Shown here: piece by piece, positions 33,589-45,265 of the stretch
How the letters are laid out: every line of letters starts with the position of its first letter
How positions within the stretch are numbered: position 1 is the first letter of the stretch
Assembly (NCBI GenBank): GCA_024346625.1
Contig: AP024664.1
Coordinates: 1,860,001-1,924,000, forward strand
Length of the DNA stretch: 64,000 nucleotides
Reading direction: 5' to 3'
Origin: Williopsis jadinii
Lineage: Eukaryota
Translations under genes and position numbers: made by a program
The notes under the pieces: generated by a model
The model's input: only the letters and a program-made list of their open reading frames with translations
The model's database searches: none
Told to the model about the DNA's origin: nothing

Positions 33589-36123
33589 TCATTCGTTCAA
33601 AGCAATTAACCTCTCTTCTAAATCACCCAAAACGGTGTTTAATCCATTGAGCATCTTGATCATCTCATTCTGTAGCTTATCGTTGGAACCGTCCACGTCC
33701 ATAAACACTCCAAGATCCATGCCAATTGGATTTCTGGGATCAGTAACCACTGTACTGACAGATCCACCATCAACAGAGCTTTGCGAACTGCTGACCGTGG
33801 AGTTTGTTCGTTGGCCCAGTAGTGGCATCGTAGGTGGTCCTTGAGGTTGTAGCAATTGAGTTGGAAGAGGTGGTTGTTGTTGAGTGATGGTTGGTCGTCT
33901 CTTTGAGATATTTCCACCAGCAGAGCCATAAAGATCTCCTGAAGTTGTCGATGTTGGCTTTTCAGTCAACGGAGTCATAGCCATCGGAACGTTTGAAGTG
34001 TTTGATACATTCACTCCAAACTGGTTCAGATTTTCATCTCCTCCTTCTTCAGCATTCGAATTCGAGTGTAGCAACCTTGGGAATGAGCCTCCAGTCGGTG
34101 TTGGCATCTGTAAGCGTAAGTTTTGATGGTTACGTTTGAGGCCCACCGTTGGTGGTTTCGCTCCGTTCTGTGCAACAGGGGGGGCTGTTAAAGCTGCTGT
34201 GGAAGACGTTGTTGATGAGGTTTGTATGCTGTTCAGAGGTTGCAATAACGGTGATGGATTATTTGGAGAAGCAATCGCCTTCATCGAAAGGTTAGGTTTC
34301 GATGGTGAACTGTTAACCAAACTGCCCTTCGACGGAGATGGGAATACCAGCACATCTCTTGCGACTTCCCTCTTTGGTGAAGGTGTCATTCTCATCATAG
34401 GAGGAGGAGCTGAATGGCCAGGTCCAGCTGAAGGCCCAGAGCTACTTGGTGTGTGTCTTTGAGCTGCACTTTGATTAGGGCTCTGGGGAATCTGGGGAAG
34501 TGTACTCAAAGAATTAACCACGGTTGGTCTTCTCTGCAATCCTGGGTCCAAAGATCTCTTTGTCTCGATAACAGGTGCCGACTGTGTGTGAACAAGCGTG
34601 TTGGCCCTGGATCTTGTCTTTGCTCCTTCTTCTTTCTGCTGAGTAGATGGCATACATTCGATATCCTCCATTGTGGGTATCTCAATCTCGACAATTGGCG
34701 TTGTCACCCTGGAGTTCGACGCAGTGGCAGTGTTAGTAGAGCTTGAATGCACTGCTATCGATGATGCAATCCTTGGAAGTGAAATGTCCGTGGCAGTCGT
34801 CACTTGATGGCCTGTAGCATCTTCATCACCGTCATCTTCCTCATTAGGGTCCTCAAACAGATGAAGCAAGGATTTGGGAGCCTTATTCAGAGTCCCGTTT
34901 GCCTTGAAGGTTGACCCGATGTTCGTGTTGTACGTTACTGTATTCTTACTGTAGGTGATGTTACTTCCTCCACCTGTCGCTGTTCGATTGTTCAGCGTTA
35001 CGTGTGCACTGTTGTTCATGGCCCCTGGGTATCCCGTGGAGAAAACGTCGTCACCATCGTCAAAGTCTTTGCCTCCATCCAGATTGAAGTAGTCCTCCTG
35101 CTGTGCATTACCACCATCAACGTTGTTGTTGATGCTGCTGACGTTGATGTCATTCTCTATGATGTATTCGTTGCTGTTGAGAGAATCAAAGTCCCATTTC
35201 ACCTCAATTTCGCTCTCTCCCTGCTCATCCTCCGCATTCATCAGTACGCTCTCCCTCGATGTCTTCTTCTCTCTCCAGATCAAATACCTGGAGATCAGCT
35301 CCTTGAGCATTGAAGTTGACGAGTTCTTGTGGAACTTGACGAACTTGGTCTTCAGGAGCTCCTCTGCGCTCAGCCTCTCCTCAGGATTCTCATCCAGGCA
35401 CAGGGCAATGATCTCCTTCAGCAATTGCGAGTATTGCTTTCCCTCCAGTCTCGGAGGCTTGGACTTGGTGATGAGCTGCATTGCCCTTATGGCCTCTTTG
35501 TCACAGTACGGTGGGTTCCCTGTGGCTATTTCGTAGATCGTTATACCAAGAGACCATATATCTGCCTTCACGTCGTACGAAGTGCCTTCCATGATCACCT
35601 CGGGCGCCATCCAGTAGGGAGTGCCCGCCATGGTGTTCCTCCTGAGACTCGTGGACGACAGCTGTGCGGCGACTCCAAAATCACACAGCTGTACTCGTCC
35701 ATCGTTCGATATCAGCACGTTCGCAGCCTTGATGTCCCTGTGGATCACATTCTGCCTGTGGATGTACTGCAGAGCCACTAGCAGCTCCCTCACGATCACC
35801 CCAATGTACCTCTCGTCGATGCGTCCAGGCTTCAGCAGCGTACGTAGCGAGCCACCGGCACAGTAGTCCATGATGATCCACAGCTTGGTTCCGTTCAGAT
35901 AGCTCCCGTAGTACCGTGTCACGTTCGGCACCTGCTTCAGGTGGGACAGGAACTGGATCTCCTGCTGCACATCCTTCACCTCATCCTCGGACGTGTCCAA
36001 GTTCAGCACCTTGATGGCGAAGATCTGTCCTGTGGCCCTGTGTATGCCTTTGTATACAATGCCAAACTTGCCACGGCCTACAACCTCTGTTCTCTTGTAG
36101 ATCTGCGTCACGGGCGTGGTCAT
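33589..36123 (-). CDS. KIC1: Ste20/GCK-family kinase Kic1 (RAM network)
   Basis: YKRTEVVGRGKFGIVYKG, IKVLNLD, HRDIKAAN, TMAGTPYWMAPEVIMEG, WDFDSL after the kinase domain. Confidence 0.92.
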   Translation of the reverse strand: MTTPVTQIYKRTEVVGRGKFGIVYKGIHRATGQIFAIKVLNLDTSEDEVKDVQQEIQFLSHLKQVPNVTRYYGSYLNGTKLWIIMDYCAGGSLRTLLKPGRIDERYIGVIVRELLVALQYIHRQNVIHRDIKAANVLISNDGRVQLCDFGVAAQLSSTSLRRNTMAGTPYWMAPEVIMEGTSYDVKADIWSLGITIYEIATGNPPYCDKEAIRAMQLITKSKPPRLEGKQYSQLLKEIIALCLDENPEERLSAEELLKTKFVKFHKNSSTSMLKELISRYLIWREKKTSRESVLMNAEDEQGESEIEVKWDFDSLNSNEYIIENDINVSSINNNVDGGNAQQEDYFNLDGGKDFDDGDDVFSTGYPGAMNNSAHVTLNNRTATGGGSNITYSKNTVTYNTNIGSTFKANGTLNKAPKSLLHLFEDPNEEDDGDEDATGHQVTTATDISLPRIASSIAVHSSSTNTATASNSRVTTPIVEIEIPTMEDIECMPSTQQKEEGAKTRSRANTLVHTQSAPVIETKRSLDPGLQRRPTVVNSLSTLPQIPQSPNQSAAQRHTPSSSGPSAGPGHSAPPPMMRMTPSPKREVARDVLVFPSPSKGSLVNSSPSKPNLSMKAIASPNNPSPLLQPLNSIQTSSTTSSTAALTAPPVAQNGAKPPTVGLKRNHQNLRLQMPTPTGGSFPRLLHSNSNAEEGGDENLNQFGVNVSNTSNVPMAMTPLTEKPTSTTSGDLYGSAGGNISKRRPTITQQQPPLPTQLLQPQGPPTMPLLGQRTNSTVSSSQSSVDGGSVSTVVTDPRNPIGMDLGVFMDVDGSNDKLQNEMIKMLNGLNTVLGDLEERLIALNE

Positions 36124-36795
36124 CGTGAGCCGAGCTCTTTCCTTCCGTGCTCTGCTTCGCTGGAGCCTTCGCTAGAGCCTTCTCTACGCGCTTGTAGCTT
36201 TCTCTGTGAGAGCCTGACGATGATGGTCTCACTTAATACTGCTGAGATCAAGCTTGCCAACGGTGTAGGACGAAACACAATTCACCTCAACAAGGGAGTG
36301 TAATCAGTGTGCGAAGTAACAGTTCTGTGATGGAAAACACACAGTAACACACACACGGCAGCACTGCTTTGGGATGGAAATGGGGTGTTGAACGTAGCAC
36401 TGGCTTCCCTTACAAGCACACACAACCTGGTCTCTCTGTATTGAAGCTCCAGGCTGGTAAAGCCGCCTAGAAAGGAGGGCACGGTGCGTGCCCGCACCGG
36501 GGGAGTCTGCCGCGAATATTTCCGCTTTGGGCGGGGTTTCTCCGAGAGGTAGGGTAACGGCATTGCTGCTGTGGGCTTGAGAAGCTTGGTTTTTTAGGGG
36601 GTAACTATGGCAACAGCCATAGTGTTTGATGGAAACAAAGAGCAAGCTACGATGGTTTACAGCATGGGCGTGCTTCAAAGGTATAGGATTAGCTGTATAC
36701 AATGGAGGGTTGAGTTCTCGTCTGTGTGGATGTGTGGATGTGTGTGGCCCCACACACTCTTTTGATTAGGTGGAAACGGTGGAGGAGGAAGACGC

Positions 36796-38484
36796 TTAGG
36801 CATCGACAAACACATCACTGGCAGAGTCGTTAGCGTGGCCGTTGTTATTGGGCTCGCCTTGGTCAGGAGCATCCCCCTCGGTGAGTTCGTTGGAGTCGTT
36901 GTGCGGTTGAGCATCTTCCAGGCCGAGGGACTCGATTCTTTGAGAGGTTTCAGCTTCAGTCTCGTCCCCAGAGTAGTTGTTCAAGATGTCGTTATACGGT
37001 TCCTCGCCGTCCTCTGTAGATTCTTTCAACACCGTCTCCTCTGTGCTATCGCTATGGATAAAGCTCACAGGGTTCTGCGGTGCTGGAGCAGTCTCTGTCT
37101 CCTTCAACGGCGACGATTTGTAGTTCGAAGGGGATGAGGGTTCATAACTTGGCTTCTCAACCAGCGACTCCGTTGAGGAGTTGAAATACATGGAGTTTCT
37201 CCATGCAGACTCAACGGTATTTGACATGGTTGTGTAGACGTTATCGCCCGTGCTTGGAGTGATTCTCGTTGTCACGAGGTTATCATCCAAGTCCCAAATC
37301 CCAATCTTTGACCAGAATAACTTTGACCTCAAACGTGACAACTCGATCCACGATTTCTTCATGATGGCATCATCGCTGAGATCCCAGACGTCGGTCTTTA
37401 GAGATCTCAAGAATGCAAATAAGTCGCACGCACATCTCACTCTAAACAAACAGAAGGAGCACAATGGGTATTGGTTTGAAGCCATTGGGGACGTACTGCC
37501 CAGCGATGACAAGGCAGAGTCGGTTCTACCGTGCACTTTGAGCACGTAGAGTCTAGAGTGTTCCAAGATGTCGTCCCTCTTTTCTCCACATACAGCACAT
37601 GGCTCGCTTATAGCCACAGGAGGACTGTGAGGTGGGTATGCGTATAGGCTTGACTTGACGTCTGTGTCGTTGATCTTGTGCTGCTGGAAGTTAACTCTAT
37701 AAGTTTCGTTAATCCCAGACACAGGTTCGATGGAGACGCGACCATCGATGAGATATGACATCAACGAGCGCCTGTTCAACCAGCTAATGCCAGGGGCGTT
37801 GTCCAACCTCAACGCCGGCTCAACGTCATCTGTCAATAGTCGCTTGAAGAACTTCGTTTCGGTGTTCTTTATGGATTCACTGTTCTTTATAGAACGGGTG
37901 AAAATCTTAAAATCGTTGAACGGTTTGAGGTCGAATCTAACAGCATTCACCGTTGGTGAATACAACACCTGTTTGGGCTGTTGCTGTTGCTGTGGTGACT
38001 GCTGCTGGTGATCTTGTTCGCCCTGTTGATTTGTCAGACTCGAAGATGAGTTATCTGTCGTCGACACGGCAGAATCTCTCTCTAACAACACATCTTTCAA
38101 CTGTGTGAGCTGATTCTGCAAGGTCTCCATCATGAGGTCCTTCTCTTTGAGCTGTGAGATCAAGTTGTTATTGCGCATCTGGTAATCATGCGCCTCTCTC
38201 TTCGCGTTACTCACCATCTTATTGGCCTCGTCGAACAAGGAGCTTGATAGCTCCTCAACCTCCTTGGACAAGTTTGAGACCTCATCCTCCGCCTGGTTTC
38301 TGGCTACCAGAACCTCTTGTAGCTTCTTATTTAGCGACTCGCTCTTCTCCTTTAACTGAGAGTTCTCCTTCTCCAACTGGCCGATCTGGCCTTCTAGCTG
38401 GTTCTGCTTCTCAATCGACTCTAGAAGCTTCGTTGAAAGTGACGTGACCTGCAACGACACCCTCTTTGATTCCTCCTCATTCAT
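36796..38484 (-). CDS. SEC2: Rab GEF Sec2 (562 aa from ATG at 38484)
   Basis: MNEEESKRVSLQVTSLSTKLLESI, coiled-coil GEF motif EVEELSSSLFDEANKMV, Cys-rich C-terminal domain (CAVCGE...CSFCLFRVR). Adjacent to BNI1. Confidence 0.92.
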   Translation of the reverse strand: MNEEESKRVSLQVTSLSTKLLESIEKQNQLEGQIGQLEKENSQLKEKSESLNKKLQEVLVARNQAEDEVSNLSKEVEELSSSLFDEANKMVSNAKREAHDYQMRNNNLISQLKEKDLMMETLQNQLTQLKDVLLERDSAVSTTDNSSSSLTNQQGEQDHQQQSPQQQQQPKQVLYSPTVNAVRFDLKPFNDFKIFTRSIKNSESIKNTETKFFKRLLTDDVEPALRLDNAPGISWLNRRSLMSYLIDGRVSIEPVSGINETYRVNFQQHKINDTDVKSSLYAYPPHSPPVAISEPCAVCGEKRDDILEHSRLYVLKVHGRTDSALSSLGSTSPMASNQYPLCSFCLFRVRCACDLFAFLRSLKTDVWDLSDDAIMKKSWIELSRLRSKLFWSKIGIWDLDDNLVTTRITPSTGDNVYTTMSNTVESAWRNSMYFNSSTESLVEKPSYEPSSPSNYKSSPLKETETAPAPQNPVSFIHSDSTEETVLKESTEDGEEPYNDILNNYSGDETEAETSQRIESLGLEDAQPHNDSNELTEGDAPDQGEPNNNGHANDSASDVFVDA

Positions 38485-39574
38485 CGCTCGGGTGATGATT
38501 GCCGTTCTGTCTGCACAAGGATGGTTCCAATGAAGCAAAGGAAAGAGGGAACAATGTGTCCGATAAAGTAAGTTCTTGTGCTGTGTTGTTGTTTTTTTTG
38601 GGGGGCGCTCTCTGGCGCTCTGTCGCTTTTGTTCTGTCCCAGGACGAAATTTGCGCTGTACGAAAACCGTGCTAGGCGCGCGGTCGAAAAAGACTGAAAA
38701 AGCGAAAAAAGACACTTTGTCCCAGTTACACTGCTGAGAAAGACAAATGCGCACCCACCGCTTTGTGTGTATTTTCGCTTTTGGAAGGACCCGCCTTGTG
38801 TCCCTTGAGATTTGCGCTGCTGCAAAATTCAAAGTTTGTGCTCTCTCTTGTCCTCTGTCGTGTGTAGATTTTTAACTCAACGGGAATGAGGCGCCCTGTG
38901 TCCAACTTTATGACGCGTACACCATTGCCCTTACGTTCGTCGCCATGTAATTAACTGCTTCTCATGTTGAAACAACAAAGCCTCAGGGGATAAAGTTTAA
39001 ACTGTGTATTGAATTGCGACGAAATTGTACACGGAGGGGGTCCACAGAAGCCGTTGGAGGAGTGTGAGCGATTAGGGTAGAAGGGCGTTGGTACGCGTGC
39101 GTAGGCTGCGTAGGCTACGTAGCGTGCTTAGCGTGCTTAGCGTGCGTAGAATCTGTAGAGCGCGCGGGCCATCGCCATCGTCAACCGGGCATTTAGGAAG
39201 AGAGAATTCCCAGTGGGAAGACAAACCAAACCGTCCCCAGCCTCGGACCCTCGGCTCAGACCGATCAACGCCGGCGGTTTTCTCCCATGGCTCAACACCG
39301 TCAGCGGCGGCGCTAGGCAGAGGGAGAGAGAAAAAGACATGAACGGGGAGCCCGGCTGGAGCTGGCGCAGCCTGGGCGGGCCTGGCTTGCACTGGGCTGA
39401 CCTTAACTGTAAGGTTCACCAGGCCCCAACTGTTTTGGGGCTGAGGCCACGCTACGCTGACGCTGGGCTGCGGGCTGGGGGGAGCCACGCTGGGGGCCAC
39501 GCTGGGGGGGGGGGGCTACCTCAGCTGAAAACGTCTGATCTTTCCGTACCAAATCCATTCCGCAGAAAGGGATT

Positions 39575-39581
39575 TTACCCG
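39575..39581 (+). promoter_or_regulatory. Reb1-type site TTACCCG in the SEC2/BNI1 divergent promoter
   Basis: Exact TTACCCG about 380 bp upstream of BNI1. Confidence 0.45.
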
Positions 39582-39819
39582 CTTTGAGCATTGTCAAAAG
39601 CCAGCCCAAAAATAAGAGAAAAAGTAAACTGGCAAAGGAACCCAGCGATAAAAAACGGGTATAGGCACCGGTTGGAAGCACTGTCTGGCTCTCTCCACGA
39701 ACTCCATCTTCACCGCGTTCCAGTGCTGTTTATTTGTTTGGTGCCGCCATTCTCTGCTTCAACAGACAAGAGCGAACGGTTTGTTTTGTGTCCCTCCAGA
39801 TCACCCTTTGTGTCTCGTG

Positions 39820-39842
39820 TGTTGTTGTTGTTGTTGTTGTTG
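39820..39842. repeat. (GTT)n microsatellite upstream of BNI1
   Basis: About 7 consecutive GTT units. Confidence 0.85.
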
Positions 39843-39958
39843 TGCTCCACTGTGTCGACCCACATCGACTGAATCACTGAGCGCTACGCTACGTACAACC
39901 ATCACTGCTATTCTCGCCGTGGAGCTGTGAAGAGACAGAGCAGGGGAGCAATTCCAGG

Positions 39959-42900
39959 ATGAAGCGAAGAGAGACGGATCCTACGAGGCAATCATCTGTG
40001 CGGTCGGACCAGACATCGTCACAATCGCCTCAAAAGTCGAGCTCGATACTCTCCAACTTCCGTAAGCTGTCAACCAAGGCTTCAAAGGCCGTGCCTGATG
40101 AAGCTGCACATCAACCCAATGTCAATGGTTATCATATTTCGAACCCACAGCCACAGGTGTCGCGTTCCTCTTTTACAACTGAAGAATCTGGCCCTGCTTC
40201 AGGTGCAGGTTTACCGGCACATGTCCGTGATAGGAGACAGGCCAGTATGAGCTCAACGTTCTCTTCAAATTCACATTCTTCGCTGTCGTTGAACAAGTCC
40301 ACGATGATCAACCCAGCAAACTTAAGTGGGTACGAGACCACCCCGTCTACTGACAGCTCACGTCGCTCATCGCAGTGGAATGGGTCTGAAGAACCCGCAC
40401 GAGGCAAGAAGTCCGCAGTGCTGCACAGAATCACTACCAACACTTCACTGCTGTCAAACAGTTCTTCGAACCATCACCATCATCCTCACAACCAGCATAG
40501 TAGGAACTCTACAAGCGGCAATGACCACGTTAATGATTTTGTCTTGGAACAGCCAAAGGACCCATGGGAGATTGATGAGATGTTTAACGAATTGATGACC
40601 AAGCGTGACTTCAAAAGCTTGCCAGACGCTGCAAAGAAACAGATGAAGGATTATCCTGCTCAGAAGAAATGGATGTTGATCTATCAGGATGCCTTGTCAG
40701 AACACAAGAAGCAAGAACGGACGAGGAAAAATGGAGGTGATTCGTTAACCTCGCCGGAACAATACGTTAGATTGCTAATGAATAAGTCCATCTCCGCAAG
40801 ACAACTAGGAAACCTATGGGTGAGCTTGAGAACAGAACCGGTAGACTGGGTCAAGGATTTCGTTGCTGCTCAGGGACCGATCGCATTGGCAAATGTCCTA
40901 CAACAGTTGCATACACGTTCAACAACGGACCTCTTGAACGAGGAGTTCTTGGAGAAGGAGATTTCCATCGTTAGATGTTTGAGAACAATCATCAACAGCG
41001 AATCCGGTGCAACTTATGCATTGGACTCCAAGATTATAGTACCGTCTATTGCAGGTGCTCTGATCTCATCGAAGCTAGCCACAAGGAAACTGGTCACTGA
41101 TATTCTCAGTTTTTTGGCTCACTATCAACCTCCAGAAGGTTATAACCAAGTGGTTAAAGCAATGAATTCTATATCTGGTGAAAACGTGCATTTCCAAGTT
41201 AAAGCTCTAGATAAGAGAAACTCCTCGATTGGAGACACGGATAAGCAGTTGAAAAGGTTTGAACAATGGCTCAAGGTTGTAGAACATACCATGGATGGTC
41301 GAGGTAAATTGGGTTCAATGGTTGGTGCAAGTGAAGAACTAAAGTCTAACGGTGAAGCCCAATTGGTTGATTACGCATTATCTACGATGGTGTTGATAAA
41401 TACAATTGCAGAAGGTGGTTCAGATTTCAAAGCAAGAACTCATTCAAGGGCACAACTCAAAGCTGGAGGTGTTCAGAAGATTTTCAAGAAATTCCACAGT
41501 TTGCAAAACGAACTGGTTGACGATAAGATTCGTGAATTTGAAGATGCCGCAGCTGAAGATTATGATGCATTACTTACCTCTGAAAGGATTGGTAAAGACG
41601 TTGATTTAAATGATCCTGTATCATTGGTAAAAAACATATGGTCTAGGATACAACACTCGGATGCCGAACATTACTTCATCTCAGCAATTCAACATTTGTT
41701 CTTGAACCAATCAGATCCGTCACAGACAGCTGATAGTGCTGAAACGGTCAGATCCTTCAGATTAATTGATGGATTAATCTCTAATATCACGATGGGTGCC
41801 ACTACAGATGAGGATGCGGCCTTGAATGTTGCCATTCATAGGTTATACGATGGTTTACAAACTGATGAAATCGCAAGACGTGCTATTCTGGATTCTAGAG
41901 AGGCAAACAAAAGGGCTGAAGAGGCTGTTGCAGAACGTGATGAATTGGCAAGACAAATTGCATTAGGTACCGATGGTATGATTACAAAGCTCAAGAACGA
42001 TTTGGAAGAACAGGAAATTGTCATGATGAAACAAAGGAAGCTAAACGAAACCTTATCTGAAGAGCTTAATGATATAAAGAGGAAACGTGTGCTGGAAAAA
42101 CATGAACAAGAGCTCGAGATGAGAGAGATGTTGGTGCTATTGAACAGTTCGACTTCGAAAAATTCCGATAACTCTGAGTTGATTTCAAAATTGAAAGGTC
42201 AGTTATCACAGAACAAAAGTAAACTGCGTATGGACAACAAGAGATTTGGTGCATCAGTTGAACCAAATAACAGGCTAAGACTCCTGAGAGATCAGATGGA
42301 AGACATTGAGCAACAGGCCAGAGAACTTGAAATGACAAATTTCACGGAGAAGAAAAGATCTGTGGTTTCTACAGCAGACAATTCACCTCAGAAACCTACA
42401 AATACATCGCAGCCTACTGCTACACATTCAAGGGAGGAGGATCTTGATAAACTCTCTTCTTTGAAACGTAAACTAGAGGCTTTGCAGGACCAATCCAATG
42501 ATATTTTGAAGTTTGATGTTGACCAAAAGCAGAGGGAACTGATGAACAAAAAAAAGCTGATGGCCATGGATCGTTTAAAAGAGCTTCAAACGAGGTTTCA
42601 AAATTTGGATATCCAATTCTCACCAGATATCGATAAGACATATCGGTCTTTGGATCCAAATGCTGACGATAAGTTGCATGCTGAACTGGACGAGATTGAA
42701 AAATTGAGTGAGAAGCTCCAAACTGAGCTAAACAATCGTGAAGATGATGAAGAAACTACTAAACTTCCGTCCAAATCATTCCTGGAGAATCTTGAAGCCA
42801 AATACGTCAGAGGACAGAAGAAAGTGGAGAAGTCTGACTTCAGCTATAGGTCATCGGTTGCTAATAAAGTCAGAAACAGTAGAGGATTCGATGCGGCCTT

Positions 42901-45265
42901 CCTCCAAGAACTATCATCTTCTGTTAACAAGCAGCAACCTGTTCCAGATCTTCACAAGACCGTTTTGAAGGAGTCAATTATCGAACAGAAGGAGAATGAG
43001 TCGGCTGCTGACTCTACGATACAACTTGCTGCGGAAGACGAAACCACAGGTGGTAGTCCTCCACCACCACCACCTCCTCCTCCTCCTCCTCTTCCTCCAG
43101 TTGGCTTGGGCCTCTCTGTTGGTAAATCTGGTGACACTACATCTGGACCATCACCTCCTCCTCCTCCGCCACCACCACCACCACCACCGCTGATGTCTGG
43201 TTCAGTACCACCACCTCCTCCTCCTCCTCCGCCACCTCCACCACTAGTGTCTGGATCAGGACCGCTGCCACCACCTCCACCACCACCTTTACCTATGAAA
43301 TCTAATAGTGCTCAAGTCAGTCCATTGCTTCCACAATCACCATCATTGTTTGAAGCTTACCCAAGACCAAAAAAGAAATTGAAACAGTTACACTGGGAGA
43401 AAGTTGAAGTTACAGAAAACTCGTTCTGGGAAAATGCAAGTCCTAAGGTCATTGCAGAAGAATTGCTAAACAAAGGTATCTTGGATGAGTTGGAGAAGAT
43501 CTTTCCTGCAAAGGAAATCAAGCAGATTACTAAAAGAAAACCTGGTGAGGCTGCAAAGATCACTTTCTTGTCTAAGGATGTCTCACAGCAAATTCAAATT
43601 AATTTACACTCTTTTTCTTCGTTGTCTGATGAGCAGTTGATCAACAAGATCTTGAGATGTGATCGTTCCCTTTTAGAAAATGTGAACGTCATTGAATTTT
43701 TGGGTAAACAAGAATTGTGTGAAATTCCACACAATATGACCAGAAACCTGGAGCCTTATAGAACTATTTGGACCAGAGGTTCTGAGCAGTTCCCTGATAA
43801 GGATCCTAATGAATTGGATAGATCAGATCGTATCTATTTGGAGTTGTTTTTCAACCTACAGGAATATTGGTCTTCAAGAATGAGAGCTTTGAGAGTCATT
43901 TCAACATATGAAAAGGAATACTCTGATTTAGTCCATAAGTTAAGAGCTATTGATGATGCTACAGAGAGTATTCAAAACTCCCAGCACTTGCGCAAAGTTT
44001 TTGATGTTATCTTGGCTGTTGGTAATTATATGAACGACAATGCAAAGAAGGCTCAGGGATTTAAATTGAGCACACTTCAAAGATTGACATTTATGAAGGA
44101 TGATAAGAACAGTATCACATTCTTGCATTACGTTGAAAAGATAATACGTAATGCCTTTCCAGAAGATGAAAAGTTTGTCGAGGAGCTAGATAAAGCTGCC
44201 AGTGTTGTGAAACTATCTGTTGAGCAGTTGAACACTGATTCCAGAGCATTCACATCAAACATCAAGAATGTTGAAGCATCCATCGACGTTGGAAACTTGA
44301 GTGACTCGACAAAATTCCATCCAAATGACAGGGTGTTGAACAAGGTTCTACCCGTTTTGCCAGAGGCGAAGAGAAAATCTGATCAATTGCAAGACCAGTT
44401 AAAATTGACCATGACTGAGTTTGAAAAATTGATGAGGTTTTTCGGTGAAGATCCTAATGATGTTTTCGCAAAGAACTCGTTCTTTCGCAAATTTGTTGAC
44501 TTCACCAATGACTATAAGAAGGTTCGTCGTGAGAATCTGAAACGTGAAGAGGAAGAACGTATCTACGAACAACGCAAGAAGCTTTTAGAAACTTCGAAGT
44601 CTGAGTCATCTACGGAAGTCGCAGATGGTGCTGATCGTGGTGAAAACGTTATGGATGCTTTGTTAGAGAAATTGAAAGCGGTCGGACCAGCTAAGGGTAA
44701 CTCCAACAGTGCTAGAAAACGTGCGCAGGCTCGTAAGCATTTGATGGATCTCAAAAAGAATCCGTTTGGCGATGAAGATGATGATGACGACCTGAGTGAT
44801 GGTGATGTTACAAGAACCCCATCAAAATCCGGCTCAATGAGTGTCATTGATACTGCTTCCGTTGCTTCTATCAACTCTGGTACTGAAGAAGAAGCCGATG
44901 TTGGTGCAAGAGCACGTAATCTGTTACAAGAACTACGTGACGGTGCAACTCCTGGAGGAACTCCCGAGAGACCCATGAGCGTTCAATGGCTGCGGCAACA
45001 GCAAAGACTCAAGAGACGTCAAACAGGTTTGGCATCTGACGGCGACGTGATAAATGATTCTTTGAAGGGCTCTTCGGATGACCTTTTTGAAGATGCGAAG
45101 GAATCAGTTGACTCCACTGTTGACCAGGAACCTCAACCGGAGGTTGAGGATGCCCACACAGGTGAAATTAAGACAGACGGATATGAAGAGGTAACAGAAG
45201 AAGCTGAAGAAGCTAACCAAGGCGAAGAGATTGAAAAAGAGGATACGAAGGAAGCGGAAGACTAG
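39959..45265 (+). CDS. BNI1: Diaphanous-related formin (GBD/FH3, FH1 poly-Pro, FH2, DAD)
   Basis: 1768 aa. KKWMLIYQD GBD motif, poly-proline FH1, FH2 RPKKKLKQLHWEK and LAVGNYMND...GFKLSTLQRL, DAD VMDALLEKLK. Confidence 0.95.
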   Translation: MKRRETDPTRQSSVRSDQTSSQSPQKSSSILSNFRKLSTKASKAVPDEAAHQPNVNGYHISNPQPQVSRSSFTTEESGPASGAGLPAHVRDRRQASMSSTFSSNSHSSLSLNKSTMINPANLSGYETTPSTDSSRRSSQWNGSEEPARGKKSAVLHRITTNTSLLSNSSSNHHHHPHNQHSRNSTSGNDHVNDFVLEQPKDPWEIDEMFNELMTKRDFKSLPDAAKKQMKDYPAQKKWMLIYQDALSEHKKQERTRKNGGDSLTSPEQYVRLLMNKSISARQLGNLWVSLRTEPVDWVKDFVAAQGPIALANVLQQLHTRSTTDLLNEEFLEKEISIVRCLRTIINSESGATYALDSKIIVPSIAGALISSKLATRKLVTDILSFLAHYQPPEGYNQVVKAMNSISGENVHFQVKALDKRNSSIGDTDKQLKRFEQWLKVVEHTMDGRGKLGSMVGASEELKSNGEAQLVDYALSTMVLINTIAEGGSDFKARTHSRAQLKAGGVQKIFKKFHSLQNELVDDKIREFEDAAAEDYDALLTSERIGKDVDLNDPVSLVKNIWSRIQHSDAEHYFISAIQHLFLNQSDPSQTADSAETVRSFRLIDGLISNITMGATTDEDAALNVAIHRLYDGLQTDEIARRAILDSREANKRAEEAVAERDELARQIALGTDGMITKLKNDLEEQEIVMMKQRKLNETLSEELNDIKRKRVLEKHEQELEMREMLVLLNSSTSKNSDNSELISKLKGQLSQNKSKLRMDNKRFGASVEPNNRLRLLRDQMEDIEQQARELEMTNFTEKKRSVVSTADNSPQKPTNTSQPTATHSREEDLDKLSSLKRKLEALQDQSNDILKFDVDQKQRELMNKKKLMAMDRLKELQTRFQNLDIQFSPDIDKTYRSLDPNADDKLHAELDEIEKLSEKLQTELNNREDDEETTKLPSKSFLENLEAKYVRGQKKVEKSDFSYRSSVANKVRNSRGFDAAFLQELSSSVNKQQPVPDLHKTVLKESIIEQKENESAADSTIQLAAEDETTGGSPPPPPPPPPPPLPPVGLGLSVGKSGDTTSGPSPPPPPPPPPPPPLMSGSVPPPPPPPPPPPPLVSGSGPLPPPPPPPLPMKSNSAQVSPLLPQSPSLFEAYPRPKKKLKQLHWEKVEVTENSFWENASPKVIAEELLNKGILDELEKIFPAKEIKQITKRKPGEAAKITFLSKDVSQQIQINLHSFSSLSDEQLINKILRCDRSLLENVNVIEFLGKQELCEIPHNMTRNLEPYRTIWTRGSEQFPDKDPNELDRSDRIYLELFFNLQEYWSSRMRALRVISTYEKEYSDLVHKLRAIDDATESIQNSQHLRKVFDVILAVGNYMNDNAKKAQGFKLSTLQRLTFMKDDKNSITFLHYVEKIIRNAFPEDEKFVEELDKAASVVKLSVEQLNTDSRAFTSNIKNVEASIDVGNLSDSTKFHPNDRVLNKVLPVLPEAKRKSDQLQDQLKLTMTEFEKLMRFFGEDPNDVFAKNSFFRKFVDFTNDYKKVRRENLKREEEERIYEQRKKLLETSKSESSTEVADGADRGENVMDALLEKLKAVGPAKGNSNSARKRAQARKHLMDLKKNPFGDEDDDDDLSDGDVTRTPSKSGSMSVIDTASVASINSGTEEEADVGARARNLLQELRDGATPGGTPERPMSVQWLRQQQRLKRRQTGLASDGDVINDSLKGSSDDLFEDAKESVDSTVDQEPQPEVEDAHTGEIKTDGYEEVTEEAEEANQGEEIEKEDTKEAED

